DNA of 64,000 nt, taken from the NCBI GenBank assembly GCA_033851845.1, contig JAWWOH010000104.1, positions 30,922 through 94,921 on the forward strand, in the 5' to 3' direction. Both the position numbers and the translations under genes were made by a program. The stretch comes from Actinomycetota bacterium (GTDB lineage Bacteria; Actinomycetota; Actinomycetes; Mycobacteriales; SCTD01). The notes beneath the pieces were generated by a model, which saw nothing but the letters and a program-made list of their open reading frames with translations, had not been told where the DNA came from and searched no databases. Shown here piece after piece: positions 1-9,023 of this stretch (positions are counted from its first letter, which is position 1; each line of letters starts with the position of its first letter).

Positions 1-129
1 CGTCGCGGTCGGTCAGCGCGAGGGTGTCCATGCCGTGCTCGGCGGCGCGCTGGACGAGGACGTGCGGGTGGGACGCGCCGTGCCGGAGGGAGTAGCCGGA
101 GGCGACGTGCAGGTGGACGAACGGGTCCA
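1..129 (-). CDS. dnaE2: error-prone DNA polymerase III alpha subunit (DnaE2 type), first 43 codons only; gene runs off the left edge
   Basis: Reverse complement of 1-129 reads MDPFVHLHVASGYSLRHGASHPHVLVQRAAEHGMDTLALTDRD, a PHP-domain N-terminus (HLHxxSxYS ... ALTDRD). Absent from the ORF track because it has no stop inside the window. Confidence 0.65.
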
Positions 130-148
130 TGGGCGGGCGGGCGGACGC

Positions 149-565
149 TCAGCCGGAGGCGAGCAGGAGCTGGTGGCCGTCGAAGCCGAGCGTCGTCTCG
201 ACGACCGCCAGGAACGTCTCGGCATCGCGGACCAGGTCGTCGGCCTCCCGCGGGGTCACGGCGGACGGCAACCCGGCCTCGGCGGCGGCCCGCTTGCGCG
301 CACCGGCGGCGAAGAACCCGGCCCACTCGGCGAGCTCGGGGGCGACGTTGGCGAGCAGCACCCACGCGCTGGTCGGCCGGGACCGGCGCCCGTTGCCGGC
401 TGGCCGCGCCCGGCAGGCGAGCACCGCGGCCGCGGCCCGCAACGCGGCGAGGTGGGCGGTGGCGTAGCGCTCGCCGGGACGGTCGGTGGAGCTCGCCTCG
501 ACCAGCCCGCGACGGGCCAGCGCCAGCAGCGTGCCGGCCGGCAGCGGTGAGACCGGTGCAGTCAT
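149..565 (-). CDS. HEPN-like all-alpha protein (resembles the SAV_6107-type HEPN family)
   Basis: ORF 149-574. ATG at 565 lies 8 nt after GAGAGG; GTG at 574 is the alternative start. It sits directly between the DUF6504-like ORF and the dnaE2 start (19-nt gap). G/C-ending codons. Family name is from memory. Confidence 0.55.
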   Translation of the reverse strand: MTAPVSPLPAGTLLALARRGLVEASSTDRPGERYATAHLAALRAAAAVLACRARPAGNGRRSRPTSAWVLLANVAPELAEWAGFFAAGARKRAAAEAGLPSAVTPREADDLVRDAETFLAVVETTLGFDGHQLLLASG

Positions 566-577
566 GACGCTCACCTC

Positions 578-913
578 TCAGTCCACGACCCGGGCCAGCG
601 ACCACGCGCCGCGGGACCAGTCGAAGCACAGGTCGTAGACCCCGCGGCCGGCCGACATCGCGGCGAGCCGGCCGCTGTCGGCCTCGACCCGCCACCAGTC
701 GCGCTCGCGGTCGTCGAGCTCGACGGGACCCGCCGCGGCGTCGGTGGTCATCGCCCGCACCCCCCGCCACCAGCCGCCGGACTCGGTCCAGCGGGCGAGC
801 ACGGCCCGGACGACGTAGAGCCGGCCGCGCCAGAGGAACTGCTCGGGCGCGTCGTCACCGCGGCGCACCTCGACGGGGTCGCCGTGCCGGCCCGGGCTGA
901 TCAGGCGCGTCAT
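578..913 (-). CDS. DUF6504-like small protein
   Basis: The last 111 codons of ORF 578-1183, starting MTRLISPGRHGDPVEVRRGDD...FLWRGRLYVVRAVLARWTESGGWW. The upstream 90 codons are Arg/Pro-rich junk and would run through the SOS box. Confidence 0.55.
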   Translation of the reverse strand: MTRLISPGRHGDPVEVRRGDDAPEQFLWRGRLYVVRAVLARWTESGGWWRGVRAMTTDAAAGPVELDDRERDWWRVEADSGRLAAMSAGRGVYDLCFDWSRGAWSLARVVD

Positions 914-1134
914 CGTGGTCCTCCTCCGGGTGCGCGGCAGCGGGTGCTGTCCGCGGGTGCCGGGGGAAGGCGGCGGTGTGCAGTGGGGCGCCACCGGTCC
1001 GGTGAGACGCTTCCCCACGCCCCGCCGGACCGGTGGATCCCGCCCGGTGCCGCGTCGGGGGTCGAGGTCCGCGCACCACCGGGCGGGAGTCCGCCCGTAC
1101 GATGGGATCCGCGAGGCTCCCACCGCTGTCCTAT

Positions 1135-1164
1135 CCAGTGTTCGAACGAGTGTTCGAACACTGG
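1135..1164. promoter_or_regulatory. LexA (SOS) operator embedded in a perfect 30-bp palindrome
   Basis: CCAGTGTTCGAAC-GAGT-GTTCGAACACTGG. The core TCGAAC-N4-GTTCGA (1142-1157) equals the actinobacterial SOS-box consensus. It lies between divergent ogt and the dnaE2 cassette. Confidence 0.75.
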
Positions 1165-1224
1165 GAACAGTAGACCCCGCCACCGACAGAACGTCAACAG
1201 CGACTGTCCGAGGGCGGGGACAAG

Positions 1225-1755
1225 ATGGGGAACGTGCCGGAGACGACCCTCTTCACGACCGTGCCGAGCCCGATCGGCGAGCTGCTGCTGCTCGGCGTAC
1301 CGACCGACAGCGGCACCGCCCTGACCGGGCTCTACTGCGACCCGCCGCCCGACGGTCAGCCGCCACCGGCAGCCCGCCGCGACGACACCGCCTTCGCCGA
1401 GGCAGCCGGCCAGCTCGGCGCCTACTTCGCCGGCGAGCGACAGGACTTCGACCTGCTGCTGGCCCCGCGGGGAACGGCGTTCCAGCACGAGGTGTGGACG
1501 GCGCTGCGCGAGATCCCCTACGGCACGACGACGACGTACGGCGCGCTCGCGCGGCAGCTCGGCCGGCCGGTCGGGGCGGCTCGCGCGGTCGGCGCCTGCA
1601 ACGGCCGCAACCCGATCGGGATCGTCGTGCCCTGCCATCGCGTCATCGGCTCGACCGGCAACATCATCGGGTACGCCGGCGGCCTGGACCGCAAGCGCTG
1701 GCTCCTCGCGCACGAGGCCCGCGTCGCGGACCGCACGCTGACCCTTTTCGGCTGA
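1225..1755 (+). CDS. ogt: methylated-DNA--protein-cysteine methyltransferase
   Basis: 176 aa with the active-site motif [11 protein letters not shown] and a typical C-terminal DNA-binding domain. Confidence 0.9.
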   Translation: MGNVPETTLFTTVPSPIGELLLLGVPTDSGTALTGLYCDPPPDGQPPPAARRDDTAFAEAAGQLGAYFAGERQDFDLLLAPRGTAFQHEVWTALREIPYGTTTTYGALARQLGRPVGAARAVGACNGRNPIGIVVPCHRVIGSTGNIIGYAGGLDRKRWLLAHEARVADRTLTLFG

Positions 1756-1849
1756 CCGTCGGTTACGCCGAACGGCGGTACGGACGTAGTCATTTCGGAC
1801 CGATCCCCCTGCAGGGCGGCCGAGGAACGGCCCGCGGAGAGGTGGGGCG

Positions 1850-2800
1850 GTGCGACAGGTCGGGCCGCGTCGCGCCCTGCTCCTGACTGCCGGCAGCCTC
1901 CTCATCCTGCTCGGAACCGCCGGCCCCGCCGCGGCCAAGCCGCCCGCCGACAAGCCCGGACGACCCGGCTCCGCGACCGCCCCTGCGGCGGCTGTCACCA
2001 CGAGCCCGGCACCGACGCCGTCATCGACGCCATCACCGACACTGTCACCGACGCCCTCGTCGAGCCCCGTCGCCCTCTCCGTGGCCACCGCCGGCTCCGC
2101 GGGGACCATGACGACCACCGGGCACCACCCGCGCACGACGCCGACTCCCAGCACAAGCACTGCACCGACGAGGACCGCGACCCCGACCGCGACGACCAGC
2201 GCGTCCGCGGCACCGGGCACCACCCCCGGCAGGCACCCGCGGTCCTCGTCCTCACCGTCCCCTTCGACGGCGGCTCCCGCGCCGGCACCCGTAGGCGGGG
2301 GCAGCACTCCCACCACGAGCGCCAACCCGAGCAAGTCCAAGAAGCACGCCAGCCCGACGCCGAGCCCCAGCTCGGTGCCGACGTTCGTCGGGCCAGTCGC
2401 ACCGCGCTTCATCGGCCCCGTGGCGCCACCGCGTCCCCCCGCCCCGCCCGCTCCGCCCGCCCGGCGGGCCTTCATCGGCCCGGTCGCTCGGCGCACCGTG
2501 CTCGCCCAACGATCGGCACCTCGCGCCGCAGTGGCTGCGCCGCCGCCCAGCCGCAGCATCGGCATCGCGCCAGAGCACGGCGACATCGGTGTCCTGCCCG
2601 GCAGCGGCATCCTCCCGGCCGTGCAGAACGCCGTGCAGCGCACGGTGCAGCAGCCCGCAGCGCCGGTCGCGATGGCCTGCGCCGTCCTGCTGTTCCTCCT
2701 CGTCCAGCACCGCATCGACCGCCGCGATCCCAAGCTCGCGCGCGGCCGGGCGGCCGAGCAGCTCGACCTGTCGTTCGGCGCCGCGGTCACCACCGCCTGA
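1850..2800 (+). CDS. Pro/Thr/Ser-rich secreted protein with C-terminal hydrophobic segment
   Basis: GTG start after GAGAGGTGGGG. Signal-like N-terminus LLLTAGSLLILLGTAGPAAA, long PT-rich region, three F(V/I)GPVA repeats, TM-like VAMACAVLLFLLV. Confidence 0.5.
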   Translation: MRQVGPRRALLLTAGSLLILLGTAGPAAAKPPADKPGRPGSATAPAAAVTTSPAPTPSSTPSPTLSPTPSSSPVALSVATAGSAGTMTTTGHHPRTTPTPSTSTAPTRTATPTATTSASAAPGTTPGRHPRSSSSPSPSTAAPAPAPVGGGSTPTTSANPSKSKKHASPTPSPSSVPTFVGPVAPRFIGPVAPPRPPAPPAPPARRAFIGPVARRTVLAQRSAPRAAVAAPPPSRSIGIAPEHGDIGVLPGSGILPAVQNAVQRTVQQPAAPVAMACAVLLFLLVQHRIDRRDPKLARGRAAEQLDLSFGAAVTTA

Positions 2801-2832
2801 GGACCCGTCGCGGGCGCTGGTAGACAGCCAGG

Positions 2833-3861
2833 GTGAGCGAGCCGAGCACCGACCGCAACGCGTGGAGCGAGCCGGGCGCGTTCGAGGTCGCACCGGACGT
2901 CTTCCGGATCCCGCTGCCGCTGCCGAACGACGGGTTGCGGGCGGTCAACGTCTACGCCGTCCGCACGACGGACGGCTTCGTCCTCGTCGACGCCGGCTGG
3001 GACATCCCGGAGTCGCGTGCGCTGCTCGCGGAATCGCTAGGCAGCCTCGGCGCATCGCTGGGCGACATCCGGCGCTTCCTGGTCACCCACGTGCATCGCG
3101 ACCACTACACCCAGGCAGTCGTCGTACGACGGGAGTTCGGCTCGACGGTGGGGCTCGGCATCGGCGAGAAGCCGACGCTGGACCTGCTGCAGTCCCCGCA
3201 GCGCAGCCCGTTGATGGGGCAGGTCCGGCACCTGCACGTGCTGGGCGCTTCCGACCTCGCCGACACCATCGCCGGCTTCGTGCGCAACGCGCGACCCGAC
3301 CTCGACCAGTGGGAGTCACCGGACGAGTGGCTGCAGCCCGGCGAGATCGCCCTGCCCGGCGGACGTGTCCTCGACGCGGTGCACACACCTGGGCACACGG
3401 CCGGCCATCTCGTCTTCCACGACGTGGCTGCCCGGCTGCTGTTCGCGGGCGACCACGTGCTGCCGACGATCACCCCTTCGATCGGGTTCGAGCCGGTGCT
3501 GTCACCGGAGCCGCTGGGTGCGTTCCTGCGGTCGCTGGCCCTGGTGCGGTCGCGACCTGATGCGCTGCTGCTGCCGGCACACGGGCCGGTCGCGCCGTCC
3601 GCACATGCACGTGTCGACGAGCTCATCGACCACCATGGTCGTCGGCTCGACGAGGTGGAAGCGGCGACGAGGACCGGTGCAAGCACTGCCTTCGAGGTTG
3701 CCGGCGTCCTGCGATGGACTCGTCGCGAGCACAAGCTCGAGGACCTCGACCCGTTCAACGCGATGCTGGCCGTCTTCGAGACGGGCGCGCACCTGGACCT
3801 GCTGGTGACGCAGGGCCGGTTGACTGTCACCGACGACGGCGTCGTACGCCGCTACCAGTGA
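2833..3861 (+). CDS. MBL-fold metallo-hydrolase
   Basis: 342 aa with the HVHRDHY (HxHxDH) motif and downstream His/Asp ligands (TPGHTAGH). Confidence 0.85.
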   Translation: MSEPSTDRNAWSEPGAFEVAPDVFRIPLPLPNDGLRAVNVYAVRTTDGFVLVDAGWDIPESRALLAESLGSLGASLGDIRRFLVTHVHRDHYTQAVVVRREFGSTVGLGIGEKPTLDLLQSPQRSPLMGQVRHLHVLGASDLADTIAGFVRNARPDLDQWESPDEWLQPGEIALPGGRVLDAVHTPGHTAGHLVFHDVAARLLFAGDHVLPTITPSIGFEPVLSPEPLGAFLRSLALVRSRPDALLLPAHGPVAPSAHARVDELIDHHGRRLDEVEAATRTGASTAFEVAGVLRWTRREHKLEDLDPFNAMLAVFETGAHLDLLVTQGRLTVTDDGVVRRYQ

Positions 3862-4469
3862 CCGGGCGCGCCGTTGTGTCGGTGGCGGCGGCGCTCGCCA
3901 CCCTGGCCATGGGCTGCTCCTCGGAGGGATCGAGCAGCTCATCGGTGCGGCTGGGCGACACCGAGCTGGTCTCGGCCGGCGCGCTGCGCGTCCACTGGAC
4001 GCACACCGGCGCGGCGGCCGCTCTCACTGTCCGGCGCATGACCGGGCTCGATGCCGTGCCGATGTCCGAACCGCAGTGCGCCCGCGATCTCGCCGGGCGC
4101 CGCCCGGTGTATCTCGACGTCAACTGGCGTGCGGTCGAACGCGGCGCCGTCGTGCCAAGCGCCGCGATCAGCATGTCGGCGCATGGCAGCGCGCTGACCG
4201 TCGTAGAGCCCGACGGACGGTGCCGTCCAGTCGAAAACTATCGGCTCGAGGTTCTGCCGGGGCGGGCTCAGCGCGTGCTTCAGCTGGTCGGAGCGGAAGA
4301 CCCCGATCTCGTGCTGCGCGAGATCGTCGTCATCGTCGACGGAAAGCGTGCAGCGCTGCCCCTGATCCCCGTCTGCGGCACGTCCGGGCAACCGAAGTCA
4401 CTGTCGTGCACCATCGATCCGGTGAGCTATGTCGGCGGGGCACCGTTCTCCGCGGACCTGCAGGTGTGA
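3858..4469 (+). CDS. lipoprotein, function unknown
   Basis: In-frame GTG at 3858 overlaps the MBL stop (GTGA). N-terminus VTGRAVVSVAAALATLAMGCSS carries a lipobox (LAMGC). Confidence 0.6.
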   Translation: MTGRAVVSVAAALATLAMGCSSEGSSSSSVRLGDTELVSAGALRVHWTHTGAAAALTVRRMTGLDAVPMSEPQCARDLAGRRPVYLDVNWRAVERGAVVPSAAISMSAHGSALTVVEPDGRCRPVENYRLEVLPGRAQRVLQLVGAEDPDLVLREIVVIVDGKRAALPLIPVCGTSGQPKSLSCTIDPVSYVGGAPFSADLQV

Positions 4470-4520
4470 GCGGGAGTACCCACCGCGATCAGTGCGCTTC
4501 ATTCATCCCGCCCGCACTTG

Positions 4521-5318
4521 TCACAGGTCGAGAACCAGCAGCCGCGTCGACCGGCTGGCGACTCCGGCGACGGGACCCGTGACGTCCCACGTCCCACCAT
4601 GGTCGGCGGACGCCCCGAACGCATCTGTCGGGCAGAGGCCTGGTGTCGTGCCGCTCGGGCCGGAGAGCACCACGGCCCCGGCACCGACGACGTCGCACTG
4701 CGGTGCCGCGATCGCCACACTGCCCTTGGCGCCGGCCGGCGCGCTCGCGGTGAGTGTCGCGCCTGCGGTGGCGCCAACGGCTGCAACGCCGGCGCCCTGG
4801 GCGTCGTCGTCCGTCAGCTGGTGGATGCCGCGCAGGTCGTGGCCGCGCCAGCCGATCATCTTCTCCTTGATCGTGACCTTCGCGCCGCGGGCGACGATCG
4901 CGAACCGCACGTGCCACTGATGCGTGTCGTCGCCGGTGACCGTGAACGAGGTGCCGAAGCCGAACGTGCCGTCGGCCAGCTGGCCGCAGACCGTCTGCGG
5001 GTCCTTGCACAGATCGCGATCGCCGATGGCGCCGTAGGTGTGCGCGCCTCTGGTGTCGAGGTCGATGACCTGTGGGAAGAACACGTCTCTGGGAACGCCG
5101 CCGGTCTTGTCCGCCTCGCCGGTGACCGTGGCGAACAGGCCCCGGCCCTTGCCCGGGTCGATCGTGCCGGACACGAGCAGCACGGCATCGCCGACGCCGT
5201 CGAACGAGTACATGCGCTGCACGGTGACGGTCCGGCTCGGCGCGGCTTGTGCCACGGCAGGGGCGGCAGTCGCGATCACGGTCAGGCCGACAAGCGCCGC
5301 CCGGATCCCCACCCGCAT
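4521..5318 (-). CDS. secreted protein, function unknown
   Basis: ATG at 5318 lies 7 nt after GAGGAG. Signal peptide MRVGIRAALVGLTVIATAAPAVAQA. Confidence 0.6.
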   Translation of the reverse strand: MRVGIRAALVGLTVIATAAPAVAQAAPSRTVTVQRMYSFDGVGDAVLLVSGTIDPGKGRGLFATVTGEADKTGGVPRDVFFPQVIDLDTRGAHTYGAIGDRDLCKDPQTVCGQLADGTFGFGTSFTVTGDDTHQWHVRFAIVARGAKVTIKEKMIGWRGHDLRGIHQLTDDDAQGAGVAAVGATAGATLTASAPAGAKGSVAIAAPQCDVVGAGAVVLSGPSGTTPGLCPTDAFGASADHGGTWDVTGPVAGVASRSTRLLVLDL

Positions 5319-5428
5319 CACGCATCTCCTCGCCGGCACCGCCGCGGTGCGCTGCGGACGGACTTCGACGCCCGCCGGAGAAGTCCTGCACCGGAAGGTC
5401 GGCCTCAGGCGTCAGCAGCTCCGCCGTC

Positions 5429-7018
5429 TCACGGCGGTCGTCCGAACAGTCGGACCGCTGAGCTCTTGCCCTTGAGCGGCGCCTCTGGGCGTTCCTCGAA
5501 CTCGATCTGCAGCGGCGCGGGCAGCGCCCGCCACGTCGTCTCCGTGATGAGGATGTCGTCGCCCGTCTCCCGTGTCAGTGCCTCGACCCGTGCGGCGGTG
5601 TTGACAGCGTCCCCGATGACGGTGAAGTCGCGCCGTCCTCCACCCCCGATGGTCCCGGCGACGACGCGACCGGTGCTGAGCCCCATGCCGACCTGTAGCT
5701 GTGACCCGTCGTTCTGGCCGACCAGCGCTGCGATCTCGTGAGCCGCTGAGACCGCCCGAGCCGCGTGATCCGGATGCCGTTCGGGGACGCCGAAGACGGC
5801 CAGCAGCCCATCGCCCAGGAACCGGTTGGCATGGCCACCGTGACGCAGCACCAAGGGGACCACCAGGTCGTACAGCGTGTTCAGAGCGGTCACGACGTCC
5901 TGCGGGGCAGCGGTCTCGGCGAAGGCCGTGAAGTCGCGTACGTCGAGGAAGAGGATGGTGGCGTCGAGCTCCTCGCCCCGCAGGTCCGTGCCCTCCGCCA
6001 GCACCCGGTCGGGGAGCGCTGGGTCGACGAGCACGCCGAGCGCGTCACGCAGCCGCTCCCGCTCGTCGAGGCCGGCCACCATGACGTTGAACGACTCGGC
6101 CAGCTGTCCGGTCTCGTCGGTGGACACAACAGGGACCCGGACGCTGAGGTCGCCCGCCGCGACTCGCCGGGTGGCATCCCTCAAATCGACGACCGGCCCG
6201 GACACGGCGTCCGCGAGCACCAGGCTGAGCCAGACCGAGACGGCGGCAGCCACGGCCAGCGCCATGAGGCTGGCTGCTCCCAGGCGGTCCAGCCGACGTG
6301 TGTTCTCGGTGAGCAGCCCGGCGACGATCACGCCGCTGGCCCACGTGACGGTCGGGACCGCCGCGACCAGCCGCCAGTGCAGGGACACCTGCATCGAGGG
6401 CACCGACGGTGCTGACAGGCCCTCGCCCAGGGCCTCGAGCGGCGGCCGCATGCCCAGCTCGAGACCGACGTAACGGAGCACGACTGACGACAGGTACAGC
6501 AGTCCCGACAGGGGCAGCAGCCTTGCCGCATCGCCCGCGGACAGGCCGAGCAGCGAGCTCAGGAGCACGTTCACCGCAACCGCTCCCAGTGCACCGAGCA
6601 CGTATAGGTCGACGCGGCGCAGCACAGCGACCGGCAGCTGCGCCGCAGCCGACCACGCCCGGGTGGCGGTGTCCTCATCCATCGCTCCCGCAAGCCAGGC
6701 GCGAAGCGGGGCCGCACCTCGGCGCACGTGCGCAGCGGCGACCATCCCCTCGATGACATACGCGGCGAGCAGGCCGAGCGCGTAGACCGTCAGCTCGGAT
6801 GCGCTCAGGTCCACGTAGAGCGTCACCATGACGAGACCGAAGGCGGCGACCGCTACACCGTGCAGAACGGTGCCCAGCGCGCACGGATCGACGTACGACC
6901 TCCCGGTGCGCTGGTACGCCAGGCGAGGCAAGCCTTCGAAGACGCCACGTTGGCGCGTGCGCCAGCCTCGGATGTCTCCGGGAACGCGGTCCGGGCTCTC
7001 CCGCGCAGACGTAACCAT
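5429..7018 (-). CDS. membrane adenylate/guanylate cyclase with HAMP domain
   Basis: Multiple TM helices, a HAMP-like linker, and class III cyclase motifs FLDVRDFTAF, FLGDGLLAVFG, GDAVNTAARVE. The start is taken at MVTSARES to avoid overlapping the upstream gene. Confidence 0.85.
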   Translation of the reverse strand: MVTSARESPDRVPGDIRGWRTRQRGVFEGLPRLAYQRTGRSYVDPCALGTVLHGVAVAAFGLVMVTLYVDLSASELTVYALGLLAAYVIEGMVAAAHVRRGAAPLRAWLAGAMDEDTATRAWSAAAQLPVAVLRRVDLYVLGALGAVAVNVLLSSLLGLSAGDAARLLPLSGLLYLSSVVLRYVGLELGMRPPLEALGEGLSAPSVPSMQVSLHWRLVAAVPTVTWASGVIVAGLLTENTRRLDRLGAASLMALAVAAAVSVWLSLVLADAVSGPVVDLRDATRRVAAGDLSVRVPVVSTDETGQLAESFNVMVAGLDERERLRDALGVLVDPALPDRVLAEGTDLRGEELDATILFLDVRDFTAFAETAAPQDVVTALNTLYDLVVPLVLRHGGHANRFLGDGLLAVFGVPERHPDHAARAVSAAHEIAALVGQNDGSQLQVGMGLSTGRVVAGTIGGGGRRDFTVIGDAVNTAARVEALTRETGDDILITETTWRALPAPLQIEFEERPEAPLKGKSSAVRLFGRPP

Positions 7019-7022
7019 GCCG

Positions 7023-7853
7023 TCAGCTTGATACGTCGGACGGATGCGTGTGCGGCAGCTGCGGCGCACCGACCTGATCCTCGCGCCCGGGGTACGGGAT
7101 ACGGTAGAGGCACGCGTCGCAGTTCATCCGGATGTCGCCACCGAGGGCCTCGTCGTACCGCTGCAGGATCAGCTCCGCGAGCGAATCGTGCGCACCGAGC
7201 GGCTGCGAGACGATGACTTCGAAGCCGGCGCCGGCGGCCGACTTCGCGACCGCGGCCGGTAGTCGACCCGGACCGAGGAAGTACTGCGCAACGGCGGCTC
7301 TCGCGACGCCCAGGCGGCGCAGCCGGTCGAGCACCTCTGGCAGGGTCGGCTTGGTAGCGGACGCGAAGGCGATCTCGACGGAGGCGTGGCCGGCGCGCTC
7401 GAAGAGCAGTCGAGCGGTCGCCGCCACCTGTGCGTTGGCGTCGGGGTCGAGTGCACCGTTGGCGACAAGCACGACGGCGTCACCCGACGTGGCACCGGCC
7501 TCCAGCAGTCGTTGCGCCAGGACGTCGACGAGGACGGGGTGCGGGCCGAGCGGTCGGCCGTAGCTGAACCGCACGTCGGGGTGCTTCCGCCGAGCGCTCT
7601 GCACCGAGCCCGCGACGTCGCTCTTCGAGTGCGAGGCAGGCGTGAGGAGAAGAGGTACGACGGCGAGGTCGTCGGCGCCCTCGCGGGCGAGCCTCGCGAT
7701 GGCCGTGGCGATCGAGGGCGATGCGTTGTCGAGGTACGCCGGCTGCGTCCGCAGACCCGGGCGAAGTCGCTCCACGGTCGACAGCAGGTCCCGGACGACC
7801 TGCTGCGCGCCGTCGTCCTTGGAGCCGTGCGCAACGCCGAGCAGCACCGTCAT
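7023..7853 (-). CDS. sirohydrochlorin chelatase (CbiX/SirB type)
   Basis: MTVLLGVAHGSKD..., two CbiX-like halves, a Cys-rich C-terminal tail, and placement in a siroheme/sulfite-reductase context. Confidence 0.85.
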   Translation of the reverse strand: MTVLLGVAHGSKDDGAQQVVRDLLSTVERLRPGLRTQPAYLDNASPSIATAIARLAREGADDLAVVPLLLTPASHSKSDVAGSVQSARRKHPDVRFSYGRPLGPHPVLVDVLAQRLLEAGATSGDAVVLVANGALDPDANAQVAATARLLFERAGHASVEIAFASATKPTLPEVLDRLRRLGVARAAVAQYFLGPGRLPAAVAKSAAGAGFEVIVSQPLGAHDSLAELILQRYDEALGGDIRMNCDACLYRIPYPGREDQVGAPQLPHTHPSDVSS

Positions 7854-9007
7854 CGCAGCCCCACGACATCACCCACCACGACGACAGCGGGCGAGGACAC
7901 CTCCGCAGCGTCGCGCGCCGCGTCGAGCAGCGTCGAGATGACTACGCGCTGCGAGGACAGGGTGCCGTCCTGGATGACGGCGACGGGGGTCTTCGGGTCG
8001 CGACCGCCGTCAACGAGCGCCGTGCAGACGCCCTCGAGCCGGCCGACCGCCATCAGCAGCACGATCGTTCCGCCGAGGCGCGCGAGTGCGTCCCAGTCGA
8101 CGGTCGACCCGGGGTCGCCCGGCGGCACGTGCGCGCTCACCACCGACACGGACTGGGACACGCCGCGGGCGGTGACCGGGATCCCGGCCCAGGCGGGCAC
8201 GGCGAACGCACTCGAGACACCCGGAACCACCTCGACGGGTACGCCGGCATCGACGCAGGCCGCGACCTCCTCCATGCCACGGCCGAACACGTGTACGTCG
8301 CCGCCCTTGAGACGGACCACCCGTTGGCCCGATCGGGCGCGGTCGACGAGCAGCTGCTCGATCGCGCGCTGGTCGTAGGAGGGCCCGCCCGGCGTCTTGC
8401 CGACGTCGATGACCTCAACGTCCACCGGCAGTGCGATGTCCGGCGCGAGCCGGTCACGGACGACGACGTCGGCTTCGGCGAGCAGCCGTCGCCCGCGCAC
8501 GGTCAGCAGTCCGGGTTCCCCCGGTCCGCCGCCGACGAGCGTCACCGAGCCGTTGCCGGGGCGGGTACGACGAAGCGGCAGGTCGCCGGTGTCGAGGGCC
8601 AGCGCGATCGCGTCGCGCAGTGCGGTTGCGCGGCGCGGGTCACCGCCCGCGGTCACCGACACCACCACGTCGTCGACGCGGGCGACAGCCGGCACCCAGG
8701 CCGACGAGTGCGACGCGTCGTCCGCGCGCACGCACCAGACCCGCCGGTGCTCGCAGGCCGCCGCGATCTGGTCGTCGACGACGCCCGTGCATGCCAGGAC
8801 GAGCCACGCGCCGTCGACGTCGGTCTCGACGAAGGCCCGCTGCTGCATGGGCACGTCGGGGAGCTCGGCGGAGACCTCCACGGCCACGACGTCCACAGCG
8901 GCGCCGGCCGTCAGCAGCGCCCGCACCCGGCGTACGGCTACTGGACCTGCGCCGACCACCAGCACGCGACGACCGACCACGTCGAGGTGGAGCGGGTACA
9001 GCGTCAC
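7850..9007 (-). CDS. cysG: siroheme synthase-like protein (precorrin-2 dehydrogenase N-domain fused to uroporphyrinogen-III C-methyltransferase)
   Basis: N-terminal Rossmann GRRVLVVGAGPVA and a C-terminal SUMT domain (LVGGGPGEPGLLTVRG, RLKGGD). ORF 7850-9049; the GTG at 9007 avoids overlapping the permease gene. Confidence 0.85.
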   Translation of the reverse strand: MTLYPLHLDVVGRRVLVVGAGPVAVRRVRALLTAGAAVDVVAVEVSAELPDVPMQQRAFVETDVDGAWLVLACTGVVDDQIAAACEHRRVWCVRADDASHSSAWVPAVARVDDVVVSVTAGGDPRRATALRDAIALALDTGDLPLRRTRPGNGSVTLVGGGPGEPGLLTVRGRRLLAEADVVVRDRLAPDIALPVDVEVIDVGKTPGGPSYDQRAIEQLLVDRARSGQRVVRLKGGDVHVFGRGMEEVAACVDAGVPVEVVPGVSSAFAVPAWAGIPVTARGVSQSVSVVSAHVPPGDPGSTVDWDALARLGGTIVLLMAVGRLEGVCTALVDGGRDPKTPVAVIQDGTLSSQRVVISTLLDAARDAAEVSSPAVVVVGDVVGLR

Positions 9008-9023
9008 GATTGCGACTATCCGC

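Noticed and set aside
1101-1172. 23-codon plus-strand ORF (MGSARLPPLSYPVFERVFEHWEQ) spanning the SOS box
   Set aside because: It has no Shine-Dalgarno, and its reading frame is dictated by the palindrome itself. It is most likely non-coding.
578-1183. Full-length 201-aa version of the DUF6504-like ORF
   Set aside because: The first 90 codons are Arg/Pro-rich and would place the SOS operator inside the coding sequence. The recognisable protein starts at the ATG at 913.
910-2793. Very long alternative-frame and antisense ORFs, for example 910-2793(-), 28444-30690(-), 44371-46089(-), 39901-41070(-), and the upstream 767 codons of 60950-63991(-)
   Set aside because: Their translations are Arg/Ala/Gly/Pro-rich with no recognisable motifs. 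They overlap genes with clear family signatures on the other strand or frame. Long open frames like these are expected in DNA this GC-rich.
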